Counted from the whole stretch's first letter, positions 1-12,504 are shown. The stretch is 63,886 nt of DNA, filler included, from Basidiobolus ranarum (GCA_040143965.1; 30 parts of 30 records of this genome joined end to end with filler, not necessarily neighbours in it), one strand, 5' to 3'. Notes: a model not told the origin generated them from the letters alone. A program made the numbers and translations.

Positions 1-277
1 CAAGTTAATCCTACCCCAATATATCAAGATAATATTAGTTGAATTCAGATCACCAAGAATCCTGAGCATCACTCAAGGATGAAACATATTGACATAAGAC
101 ATCATTTTATATGGGAGAAAGTTCAAGACAAAGAAGTGAACTTCATTTATTGTAATACTGTGCACATGCTTGCAGATATACTAACAAAACCACTCAAACT
201 TGAAGCTTTGAGAAGTTAAGTGCAGGAATAGGCAGGAGTGAATTTAAGCACAATGCTGAATAAGAATTAAGGGAAGG
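1..277 (+). pseudogene. Ty1/Copia RNase H C-terminus plus polypurine tract (family A)
   Basis: Manual translation gives MKHIDIRHHFIWEKVQDKEVNFIYCNTVHMLADILTKPL (Copia KHIDI...ADILTKPL motif). AAGGGAAGG lies immediately before the LTR at 278. Confidence 0.9.
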
Positions 278-594
278 TATTGGAGAATTAATCTTTTTTC
301 AACATCATAGTTAACTTTAGTTGTGTTACATATATCAGAAACAGAAAGCATTGTATCTATAGCCCCTATATTCTAAATAGATATAACTCTATATCAATAT
401 AACAAGTATGTCTTATTACTCCCACTTATCTATTATATTTTATTACACAAACTCCTGAATATGTTAAACAATTGATTTACTTTTCTACTACATAAGTCAC
501 CATATACTCTTAAGAATAAACTAACTAAAACACACTATCATAAGTTGCTTCTAATACTCAAACACTACCCCCATTATGTCAAGATCCTCCAACA
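278..594 (+). repeat. Copia family A 3' LTR (317 bp)
   Basis: TATTGGA...TCCAACA. Matches the copies at 44089-44404 and 32925-33241, which have TGTTGGA/TCCAACA inverted termini. Confidence 0.9.
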
Positions 595-1089
595 TAACTA
601 ATCTTTATTCAACAGCATAGTTAAGTTCAGTTTTGATACATAAATCAGAAACAGATAGCAACATATCTATAGCCCCTATATGCTAAACAGGAATATATCT
701 ATATCTATATAACAAGTATGTCTTATTACCCTTACTTATCAATTACATCTTATTACACAATCTCCTGAATATCTCAAACAATTGATTTACCTTTCTACTA
801 AATGAGTCACCATGTACTTTTAAGAATAAAGTAACTAATATGCAACTTGTTCTTGAAGGGAAACATGTCTGGGAAGTAGTTCAGCCAGAAGAAGAAGAAG
901 AAACTTCTCAAAAAAAATGTACAGATTCTGACACTGAAACAAAGAAGCCAACATGTAAATAAGCCAGGGCAACCTTCAAAGAAAAAGACAGATTGGCATT
1001 TAGGGAAATATGTCTATGACTGGGATCATAACAACTTATGCTAGTCAGAGATGCCGACTCTGCTAAGAATGCATGGGAAATCCTAGTAG
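595..1089 (+). mobile_element. Second, truncated family A LTR fused by deletion to a gag fragment
   Basis: 595-838 repeats the LTR body without its first ~7 nt, then jumps to MQLVLEGKHVWEVVQP..., the same gag as 44386-44747. Confidence 0.85.
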
Positions 1090-2042
1090 CCCTAACAGAA
1101 ATTTGAGGATTCTTATTGTAGGAAAACCATCACAATTTTAATCCATTTAGGATTGGCCATTTACTTACCATCATAAAATCATCAAGTTAGATTTGATTTT
1201 AATCAATTTTTGCAGTTTCAAGAGTAAAATTTCAAGATCTTGCAAAATTGTTGCATATGATTGGCTGCAATCCCAGACAACTATGGATCAACACATGTGC
1301 AAAAAATGTAACCCAAATTTTTCACAATTACCACTTAAATGCTAATTTGTCATCTTTGAAATCCCTGGTCACTTTGATATATTCTCCTGAATATTTTTAT
1401 ATAGTTTTACCCAAGGTTTAGCTCATACCTAACACAAGTTTGTATCAATATCTCCATCAAAGCCCACCATTTTATTAACATTGCTGAATCAACATTCTTC
1501 CAGCTATATCGTAGATACCTTGCAATATTGTGCCACTCTGTATTAAGTTCTTCCCAGATATCTGCATGGTCAACACCATACTGAATGTCAAGTTGAATGT
1601 TCTTCTTCTGAAGCCACTTTCTGCATATTTGCACTGCATTTTTTCCTTCATACTTTTGAAAATACTCCTCAAGCACTTTGACTATTTTTGTACATCCTTG
1701 TAGTGTGACACTACTGAGGGTGCTTTGTGGTGTTTGAGTGGCTTTTTGCTTGCCTTTAACTTTGGGGCTAATTTCAACACTTTGAAAAGTACCAGTTGAG
1801 GTTGGAGAGCCATGAGTTTTATTTGCTGCTGTTTTGGCTTGTTGAGAGGTGCCAGGTGTTGGATAAACTTCCAAATTTAGCACTCTTCCAACTGGTGTAA
1901 CCAGTTCCATGGTGAGATTAAGCTTTATTGACAGTATATCTGACTCTGGAATTGCAGATCTTTGTAATGGTGTGAAGAATTTGGTAAGTGGGACAGTAGA
2001 GCCTAAACTCAATGGCTCCTTTGCTTTTCCCTTGGGTTTACT
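1090..2042 (-). mobile_element. DNA transposon end (CCCTAACAGAAAT, type L) with the 3' part of an unknown ORF2
   Basis: The same terminus recurs at 4355, 24028, ~26269, ~39563, 53187 and 61930. ORF 1407-2012 (...CRKWLQKKNIQLDIQYGVDHADIWEELN...) also occurs at about 24290-25000 and 25662-26020. Confidence 0.75.
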
Positions 2043-2142
2043 NNNNNNNNNNNNNNNNNNNNNNNNNNNNNNNNNNNNNNNNNNNNTTAATTAATTAANN
2101 NNNNNNNNNNNNNNNNNNNNNNNNNNNNNNNNNNNNNNNNNN
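2043..2142. other. Artificial contig linker (44 N + TTAATTAATTAA + 44 N), first of 29
   Basis: Identical 100-bp linkers start at 2043, 4185, 6326, 8466, 10604, 12742, 14880, 17018, 19155, 21291, 23427, 25562, 27696, 29829, 31962, 34095, 36227, 38358, 40489, 42619, 44748, 46876, 49004, 51132, 53259, 55386, 57512, 59637 and 61762. The core has stops in all six frames, and contig lengths fall from 2042 to 2025. Confidence 0.99.
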
Positions 2143-3838
2143 ATCCCATCAGATCAAAGTTTGATCCAGAATAGGTGTATTTTAAGCATAGATCCACAGT
2201 ACCTTTCAAATATCTGAAAATCCACTTTACTGCCATGATTTGATCAGATCCATAATTTTGAAGATATTTGCACATACATCCCAACAAATTTGCAATATCT
2301 GGCCATATTCCAACCATGATATACAGCAAGCTACCAGCCATAGATTGATAAGGCAATTTCTGGGCTTCATTTGTATCCAAAAACATCTGATTTGCACCAT
2401 TTTTGGTCAAGTTAAGCTTTGTCTCTATTGGGGTTGATACTAGATTACATTCTTCCATTTAAACTTCTTTAGTATATCTAGGATATACTTAGACTGGTTT
2501 AAAGTTCTTGTTTTGATAGTACTATCTATCTTAATTTGGATTCAAAGATAGTTCATCAGTTCACCTATATTAGTCATTTTCAATTTGGCAGATATGCTGG
2601 ATTTGGTTTTCTCCAAAGTCTTCAAGTCATTGGCTGCTACAATAAGGTCATCCACTTATCAGGCTAGTAAAGCTGCAATTGTCTTATCAGGTCTGAAGTA
2701 GATACTATAGTTAGCATTACTCTTTTGGAATTTGAGTGTTTCCAAAAAAGCATCTATCTTGCCATTCCAAGCTCTTGGAGATTGTTTTGCCATAGAGTCT
2801 TTGCCAGAGTCTGCAAGCTTTTTTAGGGTTTTCTGAGTCCACAAATCCATCTGGCTGGTCTATATAGATCTCCTTAGCAAGCTCACCATTCAAACAAGCA
2901 GCTTTAACATTCTTATGACATATGATACATTGATATTTAGCTAAATTTGCTAAAATCAATCTAATTGAATTAAATGTTGCTCCAAGAGCAAAATTATCAT
3001 ATAATCCATTACTGGTGTTTGGGAATAGTCTTCGGCTACTATTCAAGCCTTGTACCTTCCCTATATTGCCATCAGAGTTGTACTCAACTCTAAATACCCA
3101 TTGGCAGCCAAATGATTCTCTATCAGTAGGTAAGTGGCTTAAAGGCCAAGTTCAATTATCAATCAAAGCCAGGTACTCATCAGCAATTGAAGATCTTCAA
3201 AATTTTATGTGGGTGCCATTCAGGGCCTCTTTTAAAGTCTGGGGCTTATGTATTTGAGCTGTGCAGGCATAGGGCCAATTTTGGGACTTATTGATATAGT
3301 AATCAGGGCTATTTGTGATCTGATTTGATCTTCAGGTTTGCAATAAAGGTATTACAACTTTTGGCATTGTATTGGGCACTTTAGTAGGCAAAATTTTGGT
3401 TGCAGGGTCCATAGGAATGCTATTTTCATCATTGTTTTAGTCTGAATCAATTTGAATGATTGGATCAGGAGAAAATTGATATTCATCATCATCTGAGGTC
3501 ATTTTGGGTGAAACTTTTTCATTTTCATGAAACAAAGCATCCCTGAACTTGATTAACTTGGAAATCTTGGTATCATGGAGTCTGTAGGCCTTAGTTTGAG
3601 TACATTAACCTTGAAATATGCATTTCTTACTTTTTGGATCAAATTGAGATCAATTTTTGGTCATTATTTGACATAAACAAGGCATCCAAAGATTCTCAAA
3701 TGTTTTACATCAGGTTTAACTCTAAGCCAAGCTTGATATGGTGTAAAGTTAGAAAGACTTCTGGTAAAACTCCTATTCTTCAGATACATGGCTGTAGCAA
3801 CAAATGCCACCCAAACGTTATGAGATAAATTTTGTGCA
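2143..3838 (-). pseudogene. Degenerate Ty1/Copia integrase C-terminus, linker and reverse transcriptase
   Basis: Motifs VKAACLNGEL..EIYIDQPDGF, KQSPRAW, PYQSMAGSLLY and PDIA, broken by many stops and frameshifts. Confidence 0.92.
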
Positions 3839-3840
3839 TT

Positions 3841-4026
3841 GATCGGAGTTGTTCTCTGTGATAGTGCCAGATTGTGCTGTATATATCATAGTGGATAAGT
3901 TATTCTAAAATTTATGTGGCACAATTTGGCACTATCCATCACCCTCTGGCAAGATCAATTTCACGCAAATTTACTTGAATAAATTGATCCAAGGTCTGAT
4001 AAATCCTGGCACAATGGAACAAGTCC
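3841..4026 (-). mobile_element. Probable 5' end of the PHIS/ISL2EU-like DNA transposon
   Basis: 4013-4026 AATGGAACAAGTCC is the reverse complement of the RGACTTGTTCCATT TIR and is followed by AT. It shares TGGCAC/GTGCCA subterminal motifs with the other end. Confidence 0.7.
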
Positions 4027-4038
4027 ATCATAGATCTT

Positions 4039-4184
4039 AGACTTGTTCCATTTTATTGAGCCAGATCAGGCTAGCTAAAAAGTGTGCCAGCACAAATTGG
4101 CATGATTGGGCACTATCTGGCACGATGTTATTTACCATTTTGGAAACAGTTTGTTTTACTTATGTGGTATGTTTAAGAAGAGTA
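4039..4184 (-). mobile_element. 3' end of the PHIS/ISL2EU-like DNA transposon
   Basis: AGACTTGTTCCATTTTATTGAGCCAGATC..., nearly identical to 18335 and 21072. At 18335 this end lies downstream of the transposase. Confidence 0.85.
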
Positions 4185-4284
4185 NNNNNNNNNNNNNNNN
4201 NNNNNNNNNNNNNNNNNNNNNNNNNNNNTTAATTAATTAANNNNNNNNNNNNNNNNNNNNNNNNNNNNNNNNNNNNNNNNNNNN

Positions 4285-4355
4285 ATGGTCAATCCCAAAT
4301 GGATTAAAATTGTGATGGTTTTTCTACAATAACAATCCTCAAATTTCTGTTAGGG
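4285..4355 (+). mobile_element. CCCTAACAGAAAT (type L) transposon terminus
   Basis: Ends ...CCTCAAATTTCTGTTAGGG, the reverse complement of the terminus at 1090. Confidence 0.8.
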
Positions 4356-6225
4356 ATGCTATTGAAGGGGTATATTAAAAATACCACCCTTGTGTGGTAG
4401 GTGTTCACTTTTCAATAATATATTTGTCATGCTGCAACACAAATCTTGAAAGAAAAGCTGCTATTATTGTCACAAATTCTTGTGCTATGAAAGCTCGAGG
4501 CTTCATAGGAATATAATCATAAGCATGGGTATGGTAAAAAGCCACCAACTGCACAAAGCCTGGTGAATATCAATAGTAGCAAGTACCCAAATATACTTCA
4601 GCTTTGCTCACTTAGTCCGTTGGCTATGCTTTACCTCATAGCTTTGCTAGCACTGCTTAAAGTCAAGATAGCATAGAGATAACACAGTTATTTAACCAGA
4701 ATGCTGTAGGTAGAGCTTCAACTTTGGTCAAACCAGTAAGTCCAGACAACTTTGAGGAGATGCCAGTAGATGTTAGCCTTGGTTATTCCAGTACCGATGG
4801 TAGTATGTCTGAAGATAAAGAAGAAGACAATGGTTTTGTCATGCACTATTTGTTATTGGCAGGCATTAGTCCACCCATAACACTTACAGTAAAAAGAGCA
4901 GCTCTGATTATTGAGTAGTGGAGAGTTCAATCCAATCTTAGCAACCAGATTTCATTAGCTTTCTAACACTTTTATCACAGTTGATTGGCAACTGTTGCTT
5001 CCACAGACCTGGTACATGTGGAAAACACCATTCAATTATAGGACTTATTATCCTTCCGTAATTAAACTACCTTCTTGTCCAAATGGTTGTTTGGCTTTCA
5101 CCAGTGATCTGAAAAGCCTGAAGTTAGGTGCTGTTTGCACACAATTGCCAACAGCTGACCCAGGTTAACAATGTGCATATATGGCATACATACCATTGCT
5201 TCCCCATCTGAAGTTATAATCAAATTATACAAATATTGATAAATGATCTGGTACATAAGTACTCACTGTAAAGCTGATGCTATTACTTATGTACTTGATG
5301 GATATCACTACCAGAAACTGTAAAGTCAAGGTTTCTTTGCAAACAAGTAGGATCATGCAACTGTATTGGCTCTGGCTGCTTGCTCACTAAACCAATATAC
5401 TGTTGGAAAGGCTGGCTTGCCCACAATTTTAATTAACTTGAATATTCTTCCTTCTGAACGGTGCAGGTGTTATGATATTTTGATATTGTCTGTCCTATGT
5501 GGGCCTAAATCACTAGTACTTATAGGTAGCTTCTTGTAGCATTTGATTGCAGAATTTGAATGGCTATATAATGGGGCTCAGATGGGGGATATTTCTTTAA
5601 AGCTGATGTCATTGTATGTATTGATGACACACCCGCCATCAGTACACTGGTAGGTTTTTATAGGCACAATGCACTATCTTGCTATAGATTATATCAAATC
5701 ATCAGAGTTTACTCTACCAGGCATATGATTACTACTATCAAAATACAACACTAAACTCTATGATCTTACCAACAAGAGCCTGGTAAGATTTCATTAAGCC
5801 TGTAGAGATCAATTCACCAAATAGTAAGCCTAAGATCCAACTTGGGATTTGCCATAAGCCAAAGATTATATTGCTACAGGGGATCAGCTGGAGCCTAAGC
5901 CTCCCATTATGCACTATGCACTTACTATTCAACAACATTCTAATATTACTTACTGAGCAGTATAGTGGAAAATTTGATTCAAATGAGTCATTCAAGATAA
6001 GATCAAAGTTGGAATTGATTGGGTAAATGCTTGAAAATGTTAATATACTATTATATCTTGCCAGAACTCCCATCAATATTCACTCATCTAGGCATTTATT
6101 CAAACCTAAAGACTGGAAGCATTAGATTTGTATATATCCAAGAGAAATTGTGAAAAGATTTTTGCCTAATTAGTATTGGAAACATTGGGAGTTGTTTGAG
6201 GATATTTTTAATATATTCTTATAGC
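4356..6225 (+). pseudogene. Degenerate CACTA/En-Spm transposase (Tnp2/Transposase_21-like)
   Basis: Homologous to 6426-7560. Shows CPNGCLAF, MHLL.NNI and KDWKH..CIY..LP..YWKHWELF remnants with many stops. Confidence 0.82.
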
Positions 6226-6425
6226 TCTGACTACGATCCAGTCGCTCCTTTGGATTTATTGTTCCTACCACTTTTAGAGCTAGAAGAAGCGCGTACATGT
6301 TGTATTACATAAAGAAAAATCATTGNNNNNNNNNNNNNNNNNNNNNNNNNNNNNNNNNNNNNNNNNNNNTTAATTAATTAANNNNNNNNNNNNNNNNNNN
6401 NNNNNNNNNNNNNNNNNNNNNNNNN

Positions 6426-7560
6426 CTTTCCAACGGTATATTTGTTTAGTGAGAAACCATCCAGAGCCAATGCAAATGCATGATCATATGTGTTCTCAAA
6501 GAAACCTTGACTTTTCAGATTCTGGTAGTGATATCCATCAAGTATATTGGTAATACCATCAGCTTTATGGTGAGTACTTTGGTATTGGATCAATGATCTA
6601 TATTTGGGTGATTTCATCAAAACTTTAAGATGGGGAATCAATGGTATGTAAGCCAAATATGAATGATATTTACCTGATTCAGTGATTGCCAATTGTGTGC
6701 AAACAGTACATGACTTCAGGTTTTTCAGATCACTGGTGAAAGCCAAACAACCATTTGGACATGAAGGCAGCTTAATTACTGAAGGATTATAAGTCATACG
6801 ATTGACAAGTGTTTTCCACTTGTACCAGGTCTGTGGCAAGTAACAGTTGCCAATCAACTGTGGTAAAAGTGTAAGGAAACCAATAAACACCTGGTTGCTA
6901 AGATTGGATTGAACTCTCCACTCCTCAATAGTCAAAGCTGCTTCCTTTACTGTAGGTGTTATGAGTGGACTAATGTTTGCCAATAACAAAGAGTCTGTAA
7001 CCAAACCGTTGTCTTCTTCTTCAACTTCTGATATACTACCATCCATACTGGAATAACCAAGGTCAACATCCATCAGCAAGTCCTCAAAGTTTTCTGGACT
7101 TACTGGTTTGACCAAAGTTGCATTTCTACCTACATCATTCTGGTCATATAACAGTGGTAACTCCATTGTATCTTGACTTTCAGCAGTGTTACCAAACTTT
7201 TGGGTTTAGGCACAGCCAGTGGACTCAGTGGGCAAAACCAAAGTCAATTTTGTGCACTAAATACTGCTGATATTCACAAGGGTTTGTGCAGCTAGTAGCT
7301 TTGGATGGTGACCATGACATGATTATTGTTTCTATGAAGCCTCCAGCTTTCTTAGCATGAGATTTTATGACAATAATAGCAGGACTTGATTAAACATTTG
7401 TGTTGCAACATGAGAAGGATATTGTAGAACAAAGAGCACCTCCTATGTAAGGGGGATATTTTAGGTATATGCCATCAATGGCATTAGCTGATTCTGAGGC
7501 TGTGTCACAGATAAGTTACTAGGGGATTTACAAGATAGTTCTGGTAATAGATGGCAGTTT
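6426..7560 (-). pseudogene. CACTA/En-Spm transposase N-terminal half (longest open copy, truncated by the contig end)
   Basis: ORF ending at 7166 reads CPNGCLAFTSDLKNLKSCTVC...YIPLIPHLKVL...ITNILDGYHYQNL...FALALDGF, matching the Tnp2 pattern (CxxxC..F....CxxC, YIP, DG.Y, L.DG). Confidence 0.85.
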
Positions 7561-8565
7561 TGGGTTCTTATAAATGTTTCTTAGCAACTTCAATACACCA
7601 AGTATACCATCTGCAATGTTCAATGCCATTCAAAAAGCATTCAAAATCTGAATCAAAATGGCATCCAAGCAAAAGCCTGCAGGCACAAAAGGAAAAAAAC
7701 CAGCAACAACAGTGGACCTAATTTAGGAGCAGTCTAGCTATCCACCATCTACTTTGGAAGGCATTAGCATGCTGGAAATTAACTCTAGTGATGAAGAAGC
7801 ATGAAACAATTTACCAGATGCATTCATTTCCAGCAATAGTGCAAGTAAGGAGATTGTAATCCACCAATTCCACAGTAAATCAATATATGAACAAGGTTCA
7901 ATAGAAATGCCATCAAGACAATCAACTTCTAAAATGGCAACTTTTCTAACAATCAAACAACCCACCATAAAAAATTTGGATAGAATTATTTCAACCAGGG
8001 AATCTCAGGCAGAAAACCATAATGATTATTATGCAATCATATATACAAACTACAAAGCTGCAATTCAGGCCATGACAATCAACAACACCACAATGTTGCA
8101 ATATAATGCCCCATTCAAAAGCAACTTGTCCACAGTTTGCCAGTCACTCCATAGTGTAAGAAGACCTTCAGAATGATGTACTTTGGCTTCACCAACATGT
8201 AGCTTCCTCTGTTCATTTTCATACAGGATTGCAATCAATCCCACACTATACATAAGAACATTACCATCACAATCTAGCAGAGTGGAATATGACTTGGCCC
8301 ATTAAGCCTGCGCAACAACCCAAAATGGCTTGGGCACATGATGTAGAAATCTGATACAAAATCCAGACCACCAACACACTCTTGAAGTCAGGGATGCTGT
8401 CACTTGTGCTGATGATGGGCAGTTTAACATATATGAGGCTGTGAAAAATCTTGACTGGTATCACCNNNNNNNNNNNNNNNNNNNNNNNNNNNNNNNNNNN
8501 NNNNNNNNNTTAATTAATTAANNNNNNNNNNNNNNNNNNNNNNNNNNNNNNNNNNNNNNNNNNNN

Positions 8566-8902
8566 GAAAGAGAGCCACTAGACAACAACACTAGCATCAG
8601 ACTAACTCCAGAGAGACTAGCTACTGTCAAGATTGGCAATGCAACCTCAGCCCTCAGGAAGTCAAGCTCTTCAGAGATATGATTGTCAGACATGACAGAG
8701 TCTTTGCATAAAATGATCAGGAAATGGGTTTACAACTACCCTCTATTGAGAAAGCAATAAAAATTCACACCGTAGAACACACACCATAGGCTTATAAACC
8801 TTACCCACTACCAAGAGGCCTGCAACCAGATGTACACGCACTTCTTAAGAGTAAGATTAAAGCTTGAAACCTAGAACCTTGCTATTGACCCTATGCCAAT
8901 TA
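8566..8902 (+). pseudogene. Ty3/Gypsy pol fragment (RT N-terminal region)
   Basis: Manual translation gives IKIHTVEHTP*AYKPYPLPRGLQPDVHALLKSKIKA*NLEPCY*PYAN, resembling the Gypsy PY..P...GxIEPSxSPYA region. Confidence 0.65.
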
Positions 8903-9721
8903 TGTCATAATTCTGATCTTGGCATACTAATCAAATACAAATAGAACTCTTCTATCATTAGATTACAACATCATATCTGCTGTGCCATCCCGTCTTGGCA
9001 ATCTGGTGTCAGTTCATCCAGGATACCTTATATGGAAGTCATGTTCTTTGGTACATTGCATGAGACCTAACCAATCATGTCATCCTACACATAGTGTATT
9101 TCCACCAAGACCTTCCATGGAAGGTCACCTGATCATCCTTACATCATCCTTACATCATCCCTCTTTGTATTGGTCCTTGTAGCCCCTAACACCCCAACTC
9201 TCAAACTTGTCACAGTATATTCCCCATTCAGTATATTATGTTGCACCTTGCAATATCTATATAAGCCCCATGCATTCCTTTATCAGATCTCAGTCTGATC
9301 AACACCAGTTGTTGATAAAGATTCTTGCCAAAGTATCTTCCTTGTCCAATCGTGGCTTGTCTTGTCTTGTGGTCTACATCCAAGTACTCTCCTGTCTTCT
9401 AGCCTCTTGTCATTGTTCCCAGTCCTTGTCCAGTTCCTTATTGTGACAGTTTGATCAGACTACTTATACTTGCCAGTAGACTTCTATCCATCCCTGTTCT
9501 CCAACCTTGAAACCACCCAAGGTCAGCTTCCTTATTATTCCCCATCTTTCCCAAGCTTCCATGTTAAGGCAAAGGTACCTTCCCCCTTTGGATAATTGCT
9601 CTAAGTGCATCCTTGCCAAGACACTACTGGTTGAGCTTACAGTTGTTTTTGATCAAAGAAGCTATAGTACTTGATTAAGATCAAAGGATATTGATACCAG
9701 CATATTCTTTTGTCAAGGTGC
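8903..9721 (+). repeat. Probable long LTR (family F), truncated by the family E insertion
   Basis: Starts TGTCATAATTCTGATCTTGGCATAC; nearly the same start interrupts Tnp2 at 61709. The stretch 9605-9721 resembles 10470-10590 of family E. Confidence 0.55.
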
Positions 9722-10603
9722 TGTCGTGGAGTAGCATATCTACCCACTGTCAGGTTGACTTATTTCCACTCCAAGCCCATATCATTACTATTGCACAATT
9801 TCTATTTTATTATCTATATTTGACCTACCCATATTTTCTAGCCAATCATATCATACTATTAGTATTATCCCCTATTAACTCAGATTTATCAGTACTAACC
9901 CACATTAGCCCTATAATTTTCTGGAAAATTCTACAATCTTCCGGAATATTCCACATGATTCTTGGAATACTTGATGATCACTTAAGTTTTGACTAATCAA
10001 AACTTGATCTTGCTGGAACATTCCAGGACTTTCTGGATTATTCTACAACCTTCCAGAACATTCCATGGATTAATAGTCTCATGATTTATGATGATATAAT
10101 AACCCCAGATCTCTACCGATAGAATTCTCTGGAACTTTCCGGAAATTCTGATTAGTAATCATATTTACCTTCAGAAAAGTATAAATAGGAGCCATATCTT
10201 TTCAAATAAAAATTATCCTGGTTTTCAACTAACAATTATTACTTCTGATCACCTCTTATTTCATCACTGCTTACAAGAACTTTGAAGAGGAAGCTCAAGA
10301 GAGACTACTAGAGGCAGTTACAGGTTACTGTGTGTCTAGAAAGGACTTGACCAGCTTAAAGGAAGTACCAACAGGTAGGTGTTATATTTTGGATACTTTA
10401 TATTTTTTCCCTAGCTTTGGCTGCATAGGCAGGGAACTTTTTCATATCCTTGGGGAAATCACTACTAGTACATCCTTGTTCAAGACCCTGCTGGCTGAGT
10501 TTACAGTTGTTTTTGATTGGATATACCCATTTTATCTGATCATTCTCAAAGGATGATGGAGCCAGTATATTCTTTTGTCAGGTAGCATCATATTATTCAA
10601 CAG
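9722..10603 (+). repeat. Long LTR family E (partial)
   Basis: Starts TGTCGTGGAGTAGC and is collinear with the reverse complement of the complete copy at 58420-59483. Confidence 0.8.
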
Positions 10604-10704
10604 NNNNNNNNNNNNNNNNNNNNNNNNNNNNNNNNNNNNNNNNNNNNTTAATTAATTAANNNNNNNNNNNNNNNNNNNNNNNNNNNNNNNNNNNNNNNNN
10701 NNNT

Positions 10705-10923
10705 CTATTCATTACCTTCCTTTGGGTATTAGTAGCCAGTACTCTAGGTTATGGCATCACTCGAGGTTCCATGATTGTTGCTTGGCTATACTTTGCCTTC
10801 GCTCTTATCTGGATCGGGGTTGAGTTTGTGGTATCACATCCAATTTCGAGAGTTGGCTTCGGAGTTGTGGAGTTTGCATTTGCTCTTGCAATCATGGGTA
10901 TTGCTTTCCATTTTGGATGGTAA
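10705..10923 (+). CDS. 3' end of an unknown multi-pass membrane protein (paralog 1; this frame is not in the ORF track)
   Basis: Manual translation gives LFITFLWVLVASTLGYGITRGSMIVAWLYFAFALIWIGVEFVVSHPISRVGFGVVEFAFALAIMGIAFHFGW*. It aligns without gaps to 12505-12741. Confidence 0.8.
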   Translation, partial: LFITFLWVLVASTLGYGITRGSMIVAWLYFAFALIWIGVEFVVSHPISRVGFGVVEFAFALAIMGIAFHFGW

Positions 10924-12504
10924 AGTAAACGGAAAACTCTGTTATATTTCCATCACCTTTAATACTGTATAGCTTGTTTGAGTATTTTTAAATGTTGAGT
11001 TTTATGTGCTTTTCTATAATAAACCCTTGTGATATTTATGAATGAACTTTCCTTTCTACCACAATCATAGTTCTACATTAGAATATATTCCTCATGGCAA
11101 GATGTAATATCTATAGCCACACATATTGTGAACATGCACTCAGAAAGACGATTTATTTTGATTGTCACAAAAAATTGCATAATGCGATTGTTAAAAAGCA
11201 CACATGACTCACCAGTGTTGAAGATGTAATAAAGTGAGATGTCTATATATTTCTTAATCATTGTAGATCGACAGTGAAACTTGGAAGTGCGATTAATTAA
11301 TATTCATTTGTCAGCCTCTCATTCAGCATCATGACTAATTGTAAAGTCTTAGTAATCGGGGTAGGGTAAATTGATTTAGCGGTATTACCACAGGAATCTA
11401 TTGATAATCAAGGTTTTTGGAGTATGGCGAGCATTATTGGTAGGAATGCACGCGCACTGATGTAGATCGAATAATTTAGTGACTACTAATATCATGTCAT
11501 GTAGTTTCATTTCATGAGCTGGTGACTTCCATCAATAGGTTTGTCAAACTGAAACTGAATATAGGTGGAATATATGGATCTGTCCTATCAATGCGAGATT
11601 TGTTCGACCTAGTTATAAATGGTAACGTAGGCGTCAAGAGAGTAGAAATGACATATTGTCCTAAATTCAATTAGTAATTCCGATATTTATGTGTTATAGA
11701 ATAAAAGCAATATTATTTAACAGCAGGGCACACAATCTAAGACAAAGAATTTGAAATATGAATAACTTTCGTTAGTCTCAAATTCTGAGATAGCCAATGG
11801 GATGAATATCAGGTGGAAGTAGTGGCAATTCCGACTGTGCATACCATCTTCTAAGCATTTGGCAGCATTAAATATTTATAACACTAACAATATACTAACG
11901 AAGGCAGCAAGAGCTGAGTCATGGTTGCAGAGCCTAAACGTCACCTTTCTCTGGATATTGGTATGGAGTTCTTGATCACACAGGGTCTGGAGGTTGTTGG
12001 TTTTCATTCGCCTTCGTTTTTATATGTATCAGAGCTGAGTTTGTCATATCACATTCGGTAGAGAACTTTAACAAATAAATGTATGCTAGTGTTTTTCAAT
12101 TATCTAGTAATATAGTCCATGGTATCATTCTTTGTGAGTGCCGAAGTACCTTCTTCGTAAATAGTTCATGACACCAAACAAGTTACGATTATTTGAATCT
12201 TTGGGTTTATCTTGACAAGAATACTAGTCAATTCTTGGAGTTATTAATGTATCCCCGTTATGTATTCATTTATGAACAGACAGCGTAACCATTAATACTG
12301 TCTCAAGTAATTTATTAAACTTCAATGTGATAGATGAATATCCTTGACTAACTATCAAAGTTCGGATGATCTTGGCTTAAATTTTTTTATTTGGTTAAAA
12401 GGTAGCAATTGATGAATTTACATATTAAAGGTACAAAATATGAGGATATTAAGATTTCTTAAATTTAGTTTGATATTGACATACAGCAGGGATCCCAAAG
12501 ACAG

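Noticed and set aside
1090..1102. CCCT termini as piggyBac
   Set aside because: None of the ends I could read has an abutting TTAA, and no piggyBac transposase is visible.
6272..6285. TTTTAGAGCTAGAA, resembling the start of the SpCas9 sgRNA scaffold
   Set aside because: Only 14 nt match, and the following sequence does not continue the scaffold. Most likely chance.
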